A stretch of DNA of 64,000 nt, taken from contig CAZLEV010000005.1 of assembly GCA_964558645.1 (NCBI GenBank), positions 96,001 through 160,000 of the forward strand, in the 5' to 3' direction. Each line of letters opens with the position of its first letter. Positions within the stretch are counted from its first letter, which is position 1. Under the pieces are notes generated by a model, which worked only from the letters and a program-made list of their open reading frames with translations, made no database searches and was not told the DNA's origin. The stretch comes from an uncultured archaeon (GTDB taxonomy: Archaea > Asgardarchaeota > Thorarchaeia > Thorarchaeales > Thorarchaeaceae). Shown in pieces: positions 39,869 through 49,825 of this stretch. The position numbers and the translations under genes are program-made.

Positions 39869-41056
39869 GTGGCAACGACTAACAGGAGGGATACAGCATC
39901 GACTCGGACCCATCCAGACATGCACTGCGAGCAGGGCATTGAACTGTCGAAGGAGGCAGGTGGCCAGAGGTCTCTTTCCACATCCGAGAGCCTCCCAGAG
40001 CTGTTGCCAGAATTGCGGGCCATCTGGTCGATTCTTGACGAGTCCAAGTCGCCCAAAAGATTCATTATTCGAGTCAGTGGTCGAAACTGGGAGCTCCATT
40101 TGGAATCAGGCAGGATACATCGTGTTTTTGTCAGGTATGCAGCAGCAGTTGGATTCGTATTCACACTTACAGCAGTCATGCTGCTTGTTGCACACTACAT
40201 GTTTCCATATCTGAACCTACTAAACTCGCTGCACATGATTGTGATATTCTCTGGACTCATACTCATAGGCTCAGCGGGGGTTATCATTGCCGTAACTCAG
40301 GGAGTTGGCATCTATCGCAAGAAACGAGAAACCCTACGAAGTATAAGAGAGAAGACCGCAGACAAGATGGGACTGATAGGATTTGGAGCTGATAGCCTAC
40401 CGCCCTATATGCTCGCCGACTCGATTGACCACGAAGTGCTGGTGATTGCAAAGGATCTTGGAGGGGAGGTATTGGATATGGAGGAGCGCCTTATGAAACG
40501 CGGTCTTGTGAGGAGGGGTCTGGAGTTTCAGCGTCGGATCAGCAAACTCATCCTTCTCGGGCTTCTCATTCACTATGATGATGACAAGCGACTCTATCTG
40601 ACCTCTGCAGGACTGGATGCAGTGAACACCCCGCCATCATTGTTTATCTCATCAATCCCTGAAACGGTATGGAATCTGGTCCTGAAACAAAAGAGAAGTC
40701 TGCTCCAGCAGGACTGGGGAGGCATAGTGGTCGCCACAAGTCAAGCACTAGAGGCAGCGATGCGCAGCCTGATTGAGAAATCAATCAAGAGCAAACCAGA
40801 TGAATGGGAGGAGATATCGCAAGTTGCACACGGACGCCCTCTTGAAAAATGGCCTGCGGGTAATCTGTTGCATGGACTGAGAAAACTAGGAGTCGTCAAG
40901 CAGCATTCCCTCGAGGACTACCTTGCTGGTGAGCTCATCAAGATTAGAAATCGAATTCACCACAAGGAAGGAGAGGGTGCGTTCAGCGCGTCTGATGCAG
41001 ACAAGTGCGACATCTACCTCGGTCTGCTCTTGAGATCATGGTTTGGCGTCAGATGA
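39869..41056 (+). CDS. Membrane protein with 2 TM, winged helix and C-terminal HEPN-like domain
   Basis: TM pair, then wHTH-like LILLGLLI....LYLTSAG, then HEPN pattern SQALEAAMR...IRNRIHH (Rx4H). Confidence 0.7.
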   Translation: MATTNRRDTASTRTHPDMHCEQGIELSKEAGGQRSLSTSESLPELLPELRAIWSILDESKSPKRFIIRVSGRNWELHLESGRIHRVFVRYAAAVGFVFTLTAVMLLVAHYMFPYLNLLNSLHMIVIFSGLILIGSAGVIIAVTQGVGIYRKKRETLRSIREKTADKMGLIGFGADSLPPYMLADSIDHEVLVIAKDLGGEVLDMEERLMKRGLVRRGLEFQRRISKLILLGLLIHYDDDKRLYLTSAGLDAVNTPPSLFISSIPETVWNLVLKQKRSLLQQDWGGIVVATSQALEAAMRSLIEKSIKSKPDEWEEISQVAHGRPLEKWPAGNLLHGLRKLGVVKQHSLEDYLAGELIKIRNRIHHKEGEGAFSASDADKCDIYLGLLLRSWFGVR

Positions 41057-41177
41057 GGCTTGTTTTGCAGTCTTATCGATTTGAAACCTCCCCAAATCCT
41101 CACTACGTTCTCAGCTTCACAATCTGCCCGCAAGCTGGAAATCAGAAACCTCTGTCAAATAGCCAGAAAAGACCCGC

Positions 41178-41231
41178 TGATACGCTTATATGACTCCGCC
41201 CACCATCCGCCTCACTCAGACGCCAGCCAGA
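41178..41231 (+). repeat. 54-bp direct repeat, copy 2
   Basis: tgatacgcttatatgactccgcccaccatccgcctcactcagacgccagccaga. Confidence 0.92.
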
Positions 41232-41258
41232 GCAGCAACAGAACGGAGAAAGCCATCA

Positions 41259-41495
41259 GTGAAGATCGAGATTCTGAGCAGAGGTTGCGCGAAATGCGAG
41301 ACCCTCGAGTTGATTGTCAGAGAGATTGTTGCCGAGCACGGGCTTCCAGCAGAGATCAGCAAAGTAACAGATGTCAACAAGATGATCGATTATGGTGTTA
41401 TGCTGACGCCGGGTCTCGTTATCGACGGAAAGGTGAAAGTTACTGGACGCCTTCCCTCAAGGGACGAAATCGAAGAGATACTGACAACAATCTGA
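41259..41495 (+). CDS. Small thioredoxin-like redox protein (MTH895/TM0996 type)
   Basis: KIEILSRGCAKC...YGVMLTPGLVIDGKVK.TGRLP; GTG at 41259 with GGAGA upstream. Confidence 0.9.
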   Translation: MKIEILSRGCAKCETLELIVREIVAEHGLPAEISKVTDVNKMIDYGVMLTPGLVIDGKVKVTGRLPSRDEIEEILTTI

Positions 41496-41585
41496 GTCCT
41501 TTCACCGTTATACGTGGTCCAGCCCCAAGCTCTCGCGTCCCACGACAGACGCTCAATTCCGACACTTCTTGTCCATCACCCAATG

Positions 41586-42275
41586 CTAACCGAAGGGAAA
41601 TATCCCGAACAGCGGTAGCACCAGGAGTATACCAATTGCCACCAGGAACACGCCAACCAGTATCTGCACCTTTCGTGCGGACTCGGCCAGTGAGGTCGTC
41701 ATCCGATTCCGGATCTCTTCAGAGAGCAGAGCGATGGCCAGGTAAGGTATCGATATGCCCAGTGTCAGGGCGATGAATGTCAATACCAGTACAAGCACTT
41801 CTGTCTGCGTGCTGATATAGAGCATGAACCCGACGACCGCTGAGCCAGAACACGGCGCGGCAAGCAGGGAGTACGACAGCCCGATGATATAGACACCAAA
41901 GAGGCCTCCAGGGGCCTCGGGTTGTGATTTGAGGTTCAAGGAGGTGAGCCTGAGGTGTCGCTGCAGGGTCTCAGACATTGTGACTACGCCGAAGAATATG
42001 ATTACTCCACCCAGAATCGCCTGAATCGTTATCTGGTTCTGAAGCAGAAACAGCCCGATGAAGACCGAGATCAGCGTATAGACCAGCAGCGACGAGAGGA
42101 TGCCTAGGATAAGCGTTCCCGTCACCATGATGCTCTTCCTCTTGCTCTCTGCTGACTGGAGTGAGCGGATGAGAAACATTGGAAGGAGCGGGAACAGGCA
42201 GGGAGATATCGCAGCGTAGAATCCCAGAGAGAACCCCAGCCCGATATTCAGGAGAGTCTGGATGAGCGCCTGCAC
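41586..42275 (-). CDS. ccdA: CcdA/DsbD-family thiol-disulfide transporter
   Basis: SPCLFPLLP and AAPCSG Cys pair; 6 TM. Confidence 0.88.
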   Translation of the reverse strand: MQALIQTLLNIGLGFSLGFYAAISPCLFPLLPMFLIRSLQSAESKRKSIMVTGTLILGILSSLLVYTLISVFIGLFLLQNQITIQAILGGVIIFFGVVTMSETLQRHLRLTSLNLKSQPEAPGGLFGVYIIGLSYSLLAAPCSGSAVVGFMLYISTQTEVLVLVLTFIALTLGISIPYLAIALLSEEIRNRMTTSLAESARKVQILVGVFLVAIGILLVLPLFGIFPFG

Positions 42276-42290
42276 GATGACCCATCTCCA

Positions 42291-42869
42291 TTATCTATCC
42301 AGTTGCGAGAGGGTCGCCGAGATCTCGCTCTCAGCCCAGACGCCGACATGAACCCAACGGAAGTACCCCTCATCGTCGATGATGATCAGGGTTGGCACAG
42401 ACTGGGCATTGAAATATGAGCCGAACACTCCATTGGTATCGAGACCCACATACCAATCGATATCATTGGTTGATTTGTAGTTAGCCAGTCGCTGTACCGT
42501 ATCGCTCAACACCAGGCTCAATGAGAGGACCTCGATACGTCCTTCATAACTCTCATAGAGGCTCTTCAGATGGTCCGTCTGGATCTCGCATGGAATGCAT
42601 TCACCTGTCTGCATGAGGTCCACTACAACAAACTTGCCGCGCAATGAGTGGAGTTCGAGAAGTTCACCGTCAGACATGATCAGGTTCCAGTTCGGCGCTT
42701 CCAGATTACGACTCTCGAGATCCGTGTCAGTGGGAATATCTGACGTTGGATTGTCTGTACCGCCACCTGATGGCGGGGGCGCCGACATGAGGACCACAGC
42801 AGCAATCCCTATGCCAACAACAACCAGGACACAGACAACTCCAGCTACCAGCATCTGCCATGATTCCAT
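42291..42869 (-). CDS. Membrane-anchored TlpA/redoxin-family thiol-disulfide oxidoreductase
   Basis: N-terminal TM, LRGKFVVVD...CIPC and VPTLIIID. Confidence 0.85.
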   Translation of the reverse strand: MESWQMLVAGVVCVLVVVGIGIAAVVLMSAPPPSGGGTDNPTSDIPTDTDLESRNLEAPNWNLIMSDGELLELHSLRGKFVVVDLMQTGECIPCEIQTDHLKSLYESYEGRIEVLSLSLVLSDTVQRLANYKSTNDIDWYVGLDTNGVFGSYFNAQSVPTLIIIDDEGYFRWVHVGVWAESEISATLSQLDR

Positions 42870-43242
42870 GAAATAACCTCATTCTGAGCCTTTTGACTCA
42901 CGGTAGAGTTCCCGTTGTTGTATTTTGTTACTTAAGTATACGCATCGCTCAAGGATGTGATTACTGCAGGATTGACAACCACCTGACACCTTGGCGAGCC
43001 AGCAGGCTCAGCAGGTAACTTTGAATCCGAAAGGTGCACGACTGGAGCCCCAGAATCTATAGGGGCTTTCTAGAGCATACAGACTGGCTGCACAATACCA
43101 CCTCGGATTTCACAGAGGCTTCTATCAATGTCTTATAGAATAGGCGGTGGTTTGTTCCCCCTATACGCGACAGGATATAGGTTCGCCTACCACAAGAGAT
43201 GAGGAGAGACGATCAGTCTCCACCTCATCCTGACCTCTCATA

Positions 43243-46083
43243 TCAGGCCCGCCGTCTGCGCAGAAGCTCAAACACAAGGACCAGAATCACTACGCCGGCC
43301 ATAATCATGACGAAGACCAGTATCGGGTCTACTGGAGGAACCGTTGTTGTCGTGGTCGTCGTGGTCGTGGTGGTGGTTGTCGTGGTCGTCGTGGTTGTCG
43401 TGGTTGTTGTGGTCGTCGTCGCAGCTGTCACGGTCAGAAACACAGTTGACGTCGAAAGATGACCTGATGTGTCATTGACCGCCAGAGTTGCGTTATAGAC
43501 TCCAGCGAAGAGTCCACCAGCATCCACTGAGATTTCGGAACCGTCCCAGTCGCCGCTGTCGTACAGTGTTCCGTTGACGTAGAACGCATAACTATCCGGA
43601 TACAGCTCGGTGAACGACCAGTTCAAGAGGTGCGTCGATACACCCTCCTCGTACTGAAGATTGTCGGGGCCCTCGGCAAAGGCAGGATACATCGTGTCTT
43701 CGACTGTGATGGTTGCCGAGTCACTGGCACTCTCACCGGCAGTATCGAATACAGTGACCTCTATCTCATAGACACCCAAGTCCACCCCACCTCTAGAGTA
43801 GATGATTGAGCCTCCGAACCAATCATCATCCAAGACGACATCACCATCCTCTCTGATTTCATACCTATAGGGCCTATCACTCTCTGGTGTCCAGGTCAAC
43901 GACACCTCTGGACTTCCACCCTCTACAACGACATCCGTGGGCGAGTCGATAGTGGGACGCAGCAGGTACGCAATCTGATTCATCCAGATCTCCAACGCAT
44001 CGGAATACGTGGAGTCATCCGTGTCATTGACATAGAGGGTGGTCAGCATACCGTTGACAATAGCCCGCCCGTCAACGCTGCTCACGATAGACACATTTGT
44101 ATCCCCAGGATCTGGGTCGAGCCCTGCCAGAGCAGTGGCATTATCATAGATTGTGAGATTGTTTAGATCCCAGATGAAGTAGTTGACGGCGTTGCTGAGA
44201 TTAGCGGCGGAATAGTCATTGGGGACCTCAAATGTCGGATGTGATTCATCCCAGATGTATATCGGACTCAGATCCATGAACGCGCCCTCTGAGTGTACGC
44301 CGAGATAGTCCCAGAGTGCAGCACTGTCCTGATCAAAGTACTCCCACGTGCTGATAACCAGCCGGCCTCCTCCATCCAGATACTCGATTATCTCCCCAGC
44401 ATAGGCCTCAATTCCATACCAGGGAAGATCCATGACCAGAAGGTCCCAAGACCCATCGTTCAGACTCAGGTTGAAGTACTCAGGATCTGAGGACAGCTTG
44501 AATTGGACTCCCAATTCGTTCAGCGCCTCGGCTACAGCACCGCGATATGCGTTGTCGTAATTCGGATTGCCTGAGCCGTTGCCCGTGTCGACAAACGCCA
44601 GGACACTTCCTGCGGTCAACCAGTCTATCATATTCATGGTGGACCGCTTGTTGTCTAGCGCCGTGAGTCGGCCATCTCGCACAATCGCTTCATCGGCAAG
44701 AACAACAATACGGCCTTCATTCACGACTTCGGCCGCAATGACCACATCGCCGTCTTCGTCCTCCCAGAGGGGGAATGCGGGCGCCGATAGGTTCACAGAT
44801 CCTGGTGCCAGGCAGCCCATGGAAGTACAGTTCTCGTGGACATCGCGTAGACCTGATCGGACCAATGCGTTCGTCGCAGCAGTGGTGTTCAGCCTGAGAT
44901 TCGAGGCGGAGAGCAGCTGGTTGAGGTTGGCATTTGGCGTCACTGAATGATCACCGACAAGGAACAGAGCACCTCCAGCAGACACCCACTCCGTAACGTT
45001 CGAAATCTCGTTTGCAGTGAAGCTGTAATCTGGGCTGTTTATGATGAGGAGATCGTAAGAATTCAGGACATCTAGCCTAAGGGTGTCAGTACCTGACGGG
45101 TAGAGCTTGTCGAACACGTACTCGCTTGCCACGAGGGCGTTTCTCAGATCTGCGTGTCCGGTTGTGCTATCTGCATACTGAATATCCCAAGGGTCAACTC
45201 CATACTGGACCTCGTGGGAGAGGTCAAACAGGATGCGAGCCTTTGGGGTGGGGGTGAGCCACTCCACTGCATCACGTATGATGGGTGAGAGGTCTGCAGC
45301 GATAGACGTCGTATTCATGCACACGGCAACAACTCGACCACCATTGATTTTGTTGTCGAGAGACAGAATCGATGACACTTGAAGACCGTCTGTCTGGTTG
45401 GCCAGAATCGAGAGATAGGGCCCGACCATCGAGTTCTCCTTGATGAACCTCCCGTTCAGAAGCTCCTTCTTCTCTTGGGAGGGCTCAACCAGAATATCAC
45501 CAACTTGATACTCCTGAGTGACTGGATGACGTCTCATCACTCGGTGTGAAGACCATGTCTCCTCATCCCAGAGGAACCCATATTGATCATCTCCCGCAGC
45601 TTCGGGCATGATGATGCCCTCATAGCACAGATAGCCGAATGCTGCGTTGATGCTCAGTATGCCACCGCCGCCTAGCCAAAACTCCTTCACGAGTTTGGTG
45701 ATGTTCTCTCGGGGGTAATTATCCACCATCACAAAAACATCATAGTCTGCTGTGAGTAGCTCGTGGTCCAAGACATCTTGGAACGTCAGGGTGGTCACAT
45801 CGAAGCCTTGGAGGAGCAGCTCTCCTGCCAAGTCAGCAAGCTCATTACTGAAGGTCATCCCCAGACCTGTTGCATAGTCAGGCAGCGTTGTATTGGGCTC
45901 GTCATAGATTGCTATGCGCACATTCCTGTCAAGCGGCAGGAAGGACGATAAGAAGTCGTTCGTAGGCACGTGTTCTAGTACTGCTTCCTCTGGCGCATCT
46001 GTGGTCGTCGATGATACCACAGGTGAATATACCATTGTCGAAAGAAACAGCACTACCAGGATGAATGGTAGGCTCTTCTGCAT
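43243..46083 (-). CDS. Large cell-surface protein (GATase-like/DUF4350-type domains, Ig-like repeats, Thr-rich stalk, TM anchor)
   Basis: Signal peptide, ILFDLSH, YDLLII, GGALFLVGDH, two Ig-like repeats, poly-Thr, TM helix and RRRR. Confidence 0.8.
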   Translation of the reverse strand: MQKSLPFILVVLFLSTMVYSPVVSSTTTDAPEEAVLEHVPTNDFLSSFLPLDRNVRIAIYDEPNTTLPDYATGLGMTFSNELADLAGELLLQGFDVTTLTFQDVLDHELLTADYDVFVMVDNYPRENITKLVKEFWLGGGGILSINAAFGYLCYEGIIMPEAAGDDQYGFLWDEETWSSHRVMRRHPVTQEYQVGDILVEPSQEKKELLNGRFIKENSMVGPYLSILANQTDGLQVSSILSLDNKINGGRVVAVCMNTTSIAADLSPIIRDAVEWLTPTPKARILFDLSHEVQYGVDPWDIQYADSTTGHADLRNALVASEYVFDKLYPSGTDTLRLDVLNSYDLLIINSPDYSFTANEISNVTEWVSAGGALFLVGDHSVTPNANLNQLLSASNLRLNTTAATNALVRSGLRDVHENCTSMGCLAPGSVNLSAPAFPLWEDEDGDVVIAAEVVNEGRIVVLADEAIVRDGRLTALDNKRSTMNMIDWLTAGSVLAFVDTGNGSGNPNYDNAYRGAVAEALNELGVQFKLSSDPEYFNLSLNDGSWDLLVMDLPWYGIEAYAGEIIEYLDGGGRLVISTWEYFDQDSAALWDYLGVHSEGAFMDLSPIYIWDESHPTFEVPNDYSAANLSNAVNYFIWDLNNLTIYDNATALAGLDPDPGDTNVSIVSSVDGRAIVNGMLTTLYVNDTDDSTYSDALEIWMNQIAYLLRPTIDSPTDVVVEGGSPEVSLTWTPESDRPYRYEIREDGDVVLDDDWFGGSIIYSRGGVDLGVYEIEVTVFDTAGESASDSATITVEDTMYPAFAEGPDNLQYEEGVSTHLLNWSFTELYPDSYAFYVNGTLYDSGDWDGSEISVDAGGLFAGVYNATLAVNDTSGHLSTSTVFLTVTAATTTTTTTTTTTTTTTTTTTTTTTTTTVPPVDPILVFVMIMAGVVILVLVFELLRRRRA
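43343..43420 (-). repeat. Poly-Thr codon tract
   Basis: (gtg/gtc/gtt)n on the + strand equals ACN codons on the - strand. Confidence 0.85.
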
Positions 46084-46224
46084 AATCTCCACTCGGCCTA
46101 GAGTAGAACCATCCTCATATAAATGGTTCATCACATTTCGAGAGATGAACTCAATATCAAAACAGTGATAATCGCGCTTCAAGAAGATGTCCTGTATTGA
46201 TTGCTGAGGAGCTGAAGAAGCAGA

Positions 46225-47550
46225 TTGAGGTCTGAGCTCTCAACGTACTATGAGCGGCTGCGAGCCAGTTACTGGTTCATACCGGGAGTCATGATCACAG
46301 CTGCAATTCTACTCTCATTCATCACGGTGGCTATCGATGAGGCATATCCCGGCAGGTTACAGGACATCCTGGGTTGGATTGACATTGCTGACCCAGATGG
46401 CGCGCACGCATTTCTCTCGGTTGTGTCTGGCTCTATGATTGGTGTGACAGGGGTGACATTTTCTATCACCATCGTTGCGCTGGTTCAGGCGTCTAGCCAG
46501 TTCGGTCCTCGGATTCTCAATACCTTCCTCCGCGACAGAGGAAACCAGTTTGTCCTTGGCACATTTGTGGCGACCTACACCTACTGTCTGTTAATCATCC
46601 GCAGTGTTACCAACACTCCGGAGCGCGTCTTTGTGCCGAACTTCTCCCTCTTCGTAGCGATACTCTTTGCAGTGTTCAGTGTGGCGGTCCTAGTCTACTT
46701 CTTCCATCATGTCACTGTCATTCTTCAAGCAGACCATGTCATCGCCTCACTTGGACGGGATCTCGACAAATCAATCGCACGGATATTCCCTGAAACCCTT
46801 GACTATTCGGGATACGGGCAGGCGCTGAAGAGCGAGGAGGATTTGCCGTCCTACATTGATGAAGAGGCGGCCACCATCGTCGAGTCTGAAACAGCAGGCT
46901 ACATGCAGGCGATTGGCATTGAGGCTTTGGTGAACCTGGCCGAGGAACACGAAATATTCCTACGGGTGCCTCATCGACCGGGCGACTTCATCCAGAAGGA
47001 GGGACGGCTCATAGACGTATGGCCAGATCGATTTGATAGGGAGAACATAGAAGAGAAACTACAGAATACCTTCATCATCGGAGACCAGCGTCTCAGAATC
47101 AACGACATCGAGTTCATGGTCAACCAGCTGGTCGAGATTGCGGTGCGTGCCCTCTCTCCAGGGATTAACGATCCATTCACAGCTATGTCGTGTATAGACC
47201 AGCTTGGCTCAGGGCTGTCCGGGCTCATGGCTCGAAGCATTCCTCACGGATATCACTATGACAGCAAAGGGCAATTGCGACTCATGACCGACTCATTGAC
47301 CTTCTCAGGAATCATAGAGGCCGCCTTCAACCAGATTCGGCAGAATGCATCCTCGGATGTTGCGGTGACCATTCGGCTTCTCGACGCGCTCAAGGCCATG
47401 GCACCCCAGGTTCAGACGAGAGAACAACGGGATATTCTCTCCAAACAGGCCGAGATGTTGAACAGATCGCGGGAACAGGTGCCAGAGAAGTGGGATCGTG
47501 AGGATATAGAGGAACGATTCGAATCCGTAATGAAGGAGCTCAGACCCTGA
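46225..47550 (+). CDS. DUF2254-family membrane protein
   Basis: SYWFIP, FSITIVALVQASSQFGPR and EIAVRALSPGINDPFTA. Confidence 0.9.
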   Translation: MRSELSTYYERLRASYWFIPGVMITAAILLSFITVAIDEAYPGRLQDILGWIDIADPDGAHAFLSVVSGSMIGVTGVTFSITIVALVQASSQFGPRILNTFLRDRGNQFVLGTFVATYTYCLLIIRSVTNTPERVFVPNFSLFVAILFAVFSVAVLVYFFHHVTVILQADHVIASLGRDLDKSIARIFPETLDYSGYGQALKSEEDLPSYIDEEAATIVESETAGYMQAIGIEALVNLAEEHEIFLRVPHRPGDFIQKEGRLIDVWPDRFDRENIEEKLQNTFIIGDQRLRINDIEFMVNQLVEIAVRALSPGINDPFTAMSCIDQLGSGLSGLMARSIPHGYHYDSKGQLRLMTDSLTFSGIIEAAFNQIRQNASSDVAVTIRLLDALKAMAPQVQTREQRDILSKQAEMLNRSREQVPEKWDREDIEERFESVMKELRP

Positions 47551-47592
47551 TCTGCAGTATCAGTCTAGATGGTGTGGCTGCAGACAAACCCC

Positions 47593-47988
47593 CTATACGC
47601 CACAGCTGTAGCACTCTCCGTTGTGCACACAGATGATGCCCCCACACGCTGGACACCTGTACTGTTCTTCTTGCTGACTGAGAAACGCATCCATCCCCTC
47701 ATTCTTGAGGAACCTCAGATTCTCAATCATACTCATATTGAACCGTTTTCTGTAGCCCTCGTCAAGCTTCCTCAGGTTCTCGCAGGGGAACTCATCACAC
47801 TCAAAGCAGAACTCAATCTCCCCCTTTCGGAGGCGTGCGCAGTCTCTCATTATGAAGGCGCAGTTCTTTCTGGCTGGCCTACACCCACTGCATGGCTGGC
47901 CTCTCTTCTTGCCGTCCATCCTGTATCCGAAATAGGATATGCAGATGGCGCAGTTCGCACCACAGCGAGCTACAAGTTCTGAGTGCAT
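47593..47988 (-). CDS. DUF3795-family Cys-rich protein
   Basis: CGANCAIC, CSGC, FCFECDEFPC and CPACGG..C. Confidence 0.85.
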   Translation of the reverse strand: MHSELVARCGANCAICISYFGYRMDGKKRGQPCSGCRPARKNCAFIMRDCARLRKGEIEFCFECDEFPCENLRKLDEGYRKRFNMSMIENLRFLKNEGMDAFLSQQEEQYRCPACGGIICVHNGECYSCGV

Positions 47989-48050
47989 AGGTATCCTTAC
48001 TCCCGTTTCCTCTTAAGCTCATCAGTGAGGTGACCGAGTCGGCTCGAGCT

Positions 48051-48878
48051 TCAGATTGGCTGACATCGGGGACAGAGATACACGTGACCGCCGCCGTGAG
48101 CCAACCGTTCAATCGGTGTCCCGCAGGTCTCACATGTGCTGTCCCGCATATTCGAGCCCATCCTAGGAACGTAGCGACCCTGTACTCCGTAGAAGTCAAC
48201 GAAGTCCTCCTTTCCGCCATGCTCCAGTCTTTCCCGAACAAGGGCATTCAGGGCATCGAAGAGCGAGTGTCGCTCACTGGCATCCAGATCTGAGGCCTTC
48301 CTCTTGGGTTGGACTCCCGCACGGTAGATGATATCCTGAAAGGCGCTGTTCTGTATCCCAACAATCACCGCATCCTTGCCCACAAATGCTGTCTTGATGT
48401 TCACGGTCAACCCCTCTAGCGCTCGATTGAATGCCTCAAAGGTGAATCCCTCATCGAAAGGAGAGGGTACCTCCGAGAAGTCCCTTGCATAGACATACAC
48501 ATCCTTAAGCTCGGAGTCCTTGATGGAGGAGATCTGGCCCCAACCCTTCAGACGAACCGTGAAGAAGGTACCATCGGTGAAGCGCAACATGAACTGTGTA
48601 TCCTTTGGAACAGATGACTCCTCCTCATGGTACAAGATCCTCCCGCCGTACTCTGGCGCAAGAAAGAGGTTCATCCCATCGTCGAGCCGGACGCGTATGC
48701 CATTTCCTCGGGATACGACAGCCTGGATTGTGCGTCCCTCCAACCTCTTGAAGTCCTCAGCAGGCTGTGTGATCATCTTCTCCAGGCCCTCTAGCTTCCA
48801 CGATACAATCTGTTTTCCAACAAGCTCCTCTTGGATCTGACGGCCCAGAATGAACGCCTCAGGCGACTCGATACTCAT
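48051..48878 (-). CDS. Fpg/Nei-family DNA glycosylase-like protein
   Basis: N-terminus SIESPE, H2TH GIQNSAFQDIIYRA and C-terminal Zn finger CETC...YLCPRCQ. Confidence 0.85.
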   Translation of the reverse strand: MSIESPEAFILGRQIQEELVGKQIVSWKLEGLEKMITQPAEDFKRLEGRTIQAVVSRGNGIRVRLDDGMNLFLAPEYGGRILYHEEESSVPKDTQFMLRFTDGTFFTVRLKGWGQISSIKDSELKDVYVYARDFSEVPSPFDEGFTFEAFNRALEGLTVNIKTAFVGKDAVIVGIQNSAFQDIIYRAGVQPKRKASDLDASERHSLFDALNALVRERLEHGGKEDFVDFYGVQGRYVPRMGSNMRDSTCETCGTPIERLAHGGGHVYLCPRCQPI

Positions 48879-48889
48879 GGCTACCATCC

Positions 48890-49394
48890 TCAACTTGGAT
48901 ACTGTAACCACGTTTCGTCAGGCTTTCTGTGTTTCTCTGGAATTGAAGTGTCGCTTCGCAATCCGCGTACAGCAGCCTTTCAAGAACCGAAACACCTCTG
49001 CATCCATGGGATGATCGTTCGTCAGGGTGGTGAAAGGTAAGAATCATGAGACCACCCCGAGCTCCTTCAGGTAAACGAACCAGCCTGTGATTCCATGCTG
49101 CAGCGGGGCGGTCGCGGTGAACAGAGAGGTGATAGCTGAACCAGTGCTTGCGGGAAAGACGCTAGTCAGGCGGTCCGAGAGATGTTCTGCAAGGGTGCTG
49201 GTCTTTACATGACGTTGAAGATGGTGGTAACCGAGCCCATCGACAACCGGAAGCAAGACGGACTTTCCGTAGTCCGTGAGTAATCGCCCATCAATCGCAA
49301 GGGGAGCGTAGACGGGACTGTGACCCAGATGCTCAGAAACGGCACTGCTAAGGTTCACAATGGACCTATCGGCATAGCCTGGCTTCGTTGACAT
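48890..49394 (-). pseudogene. Truncated alkaline-phosphatase-superfamily phosphodiesterase
   Basis: VVDGLGY and LTSVFPASTGSAITSL.T...P.QHGITG, then a TGA after ~116 aa. A family-like FLPF follows the stop, and there is no room for the C-terminal two-thirds. Confidence 0.75.
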
Positions 49395-49472
49395 CACGAA
49401 CAGAGATGAGTCCAGTTTTGTCAGTCTAGTGGAGTCTGACGGTTGACTGCTCAAAAGTGTCGGCTTTGGTTT

Positions 49473-49820
49473 CTAGCCCTCTGAGGTGGGACTCTCTCTG
49501 TTCACAACTGCTGAAACCAGTTCATTCATTCTCTGGTACTGCGAACGAATTTTCTCCACACCAGCGGGAGTAATCTCAACGAGGGTGGTAGGGCGCAAGT
49601 CTACAAAATGCTTGAAAATCTTGACGAGCCCCATCTCCTCCAGCTTCCTGAGATGACTTGAGAGGTTACCTGAGGTCAGATTCAGCTTCTTCTGCAGGTT
49701 CGTGTACTTGGCCCTCCGTGTGAAATAGAGGTAGGACAAGATGGAGAGTCTTGTGGGAACTAGAGCCTCCTCATCGATGAGGCTGACCAATGCCCGAAGG
49801 ATATCTCCATCCAGCGACAT
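49473..49820 (-). CDS. Winged-helix transcriptional regulator (MarR/HTH_34-like)
   Basis: TRLSILSYL...LTSGNLSSHLRKLEE.G...ITPAG. Confidence 0.88.
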   Translation of the reverse strand: MSLDGDILRALVSLIDEEALVPTRLSILSYLYFTRRAKYTNLQKKLNLTSGNLSSHLRKLEEMGLVKIFKHFVDLRPTTLVEITPAGVEKIRSQYQRMNELVSAVVNRESPTSEG

Positions 49821-49825
49821 ATCTA

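Noticed and set aside
39590-41231. 54-bp repeat as a CRISPR array or tRNA-derived att site
   Set aside because: There are only two copies, 1.5 kb apart, with no spacer periodicity, no cas genes, no tRNA T-arm/CCA features and no integrase.
43141-43193. Fluoride-riboswitch-like GGCGGTGG...GTTCGCC
   Set aside because: A ~30-nt insertion breaks the consensus, and no fluoride-related gene lies downstream on that strand.
49044-49046. In-frame TGA as selenocysteine
   Set aside because: It is not a Cys-equivalent position, and the downstream sequence decays and runs into the next gene, so a pseudogene is more parsimonious.
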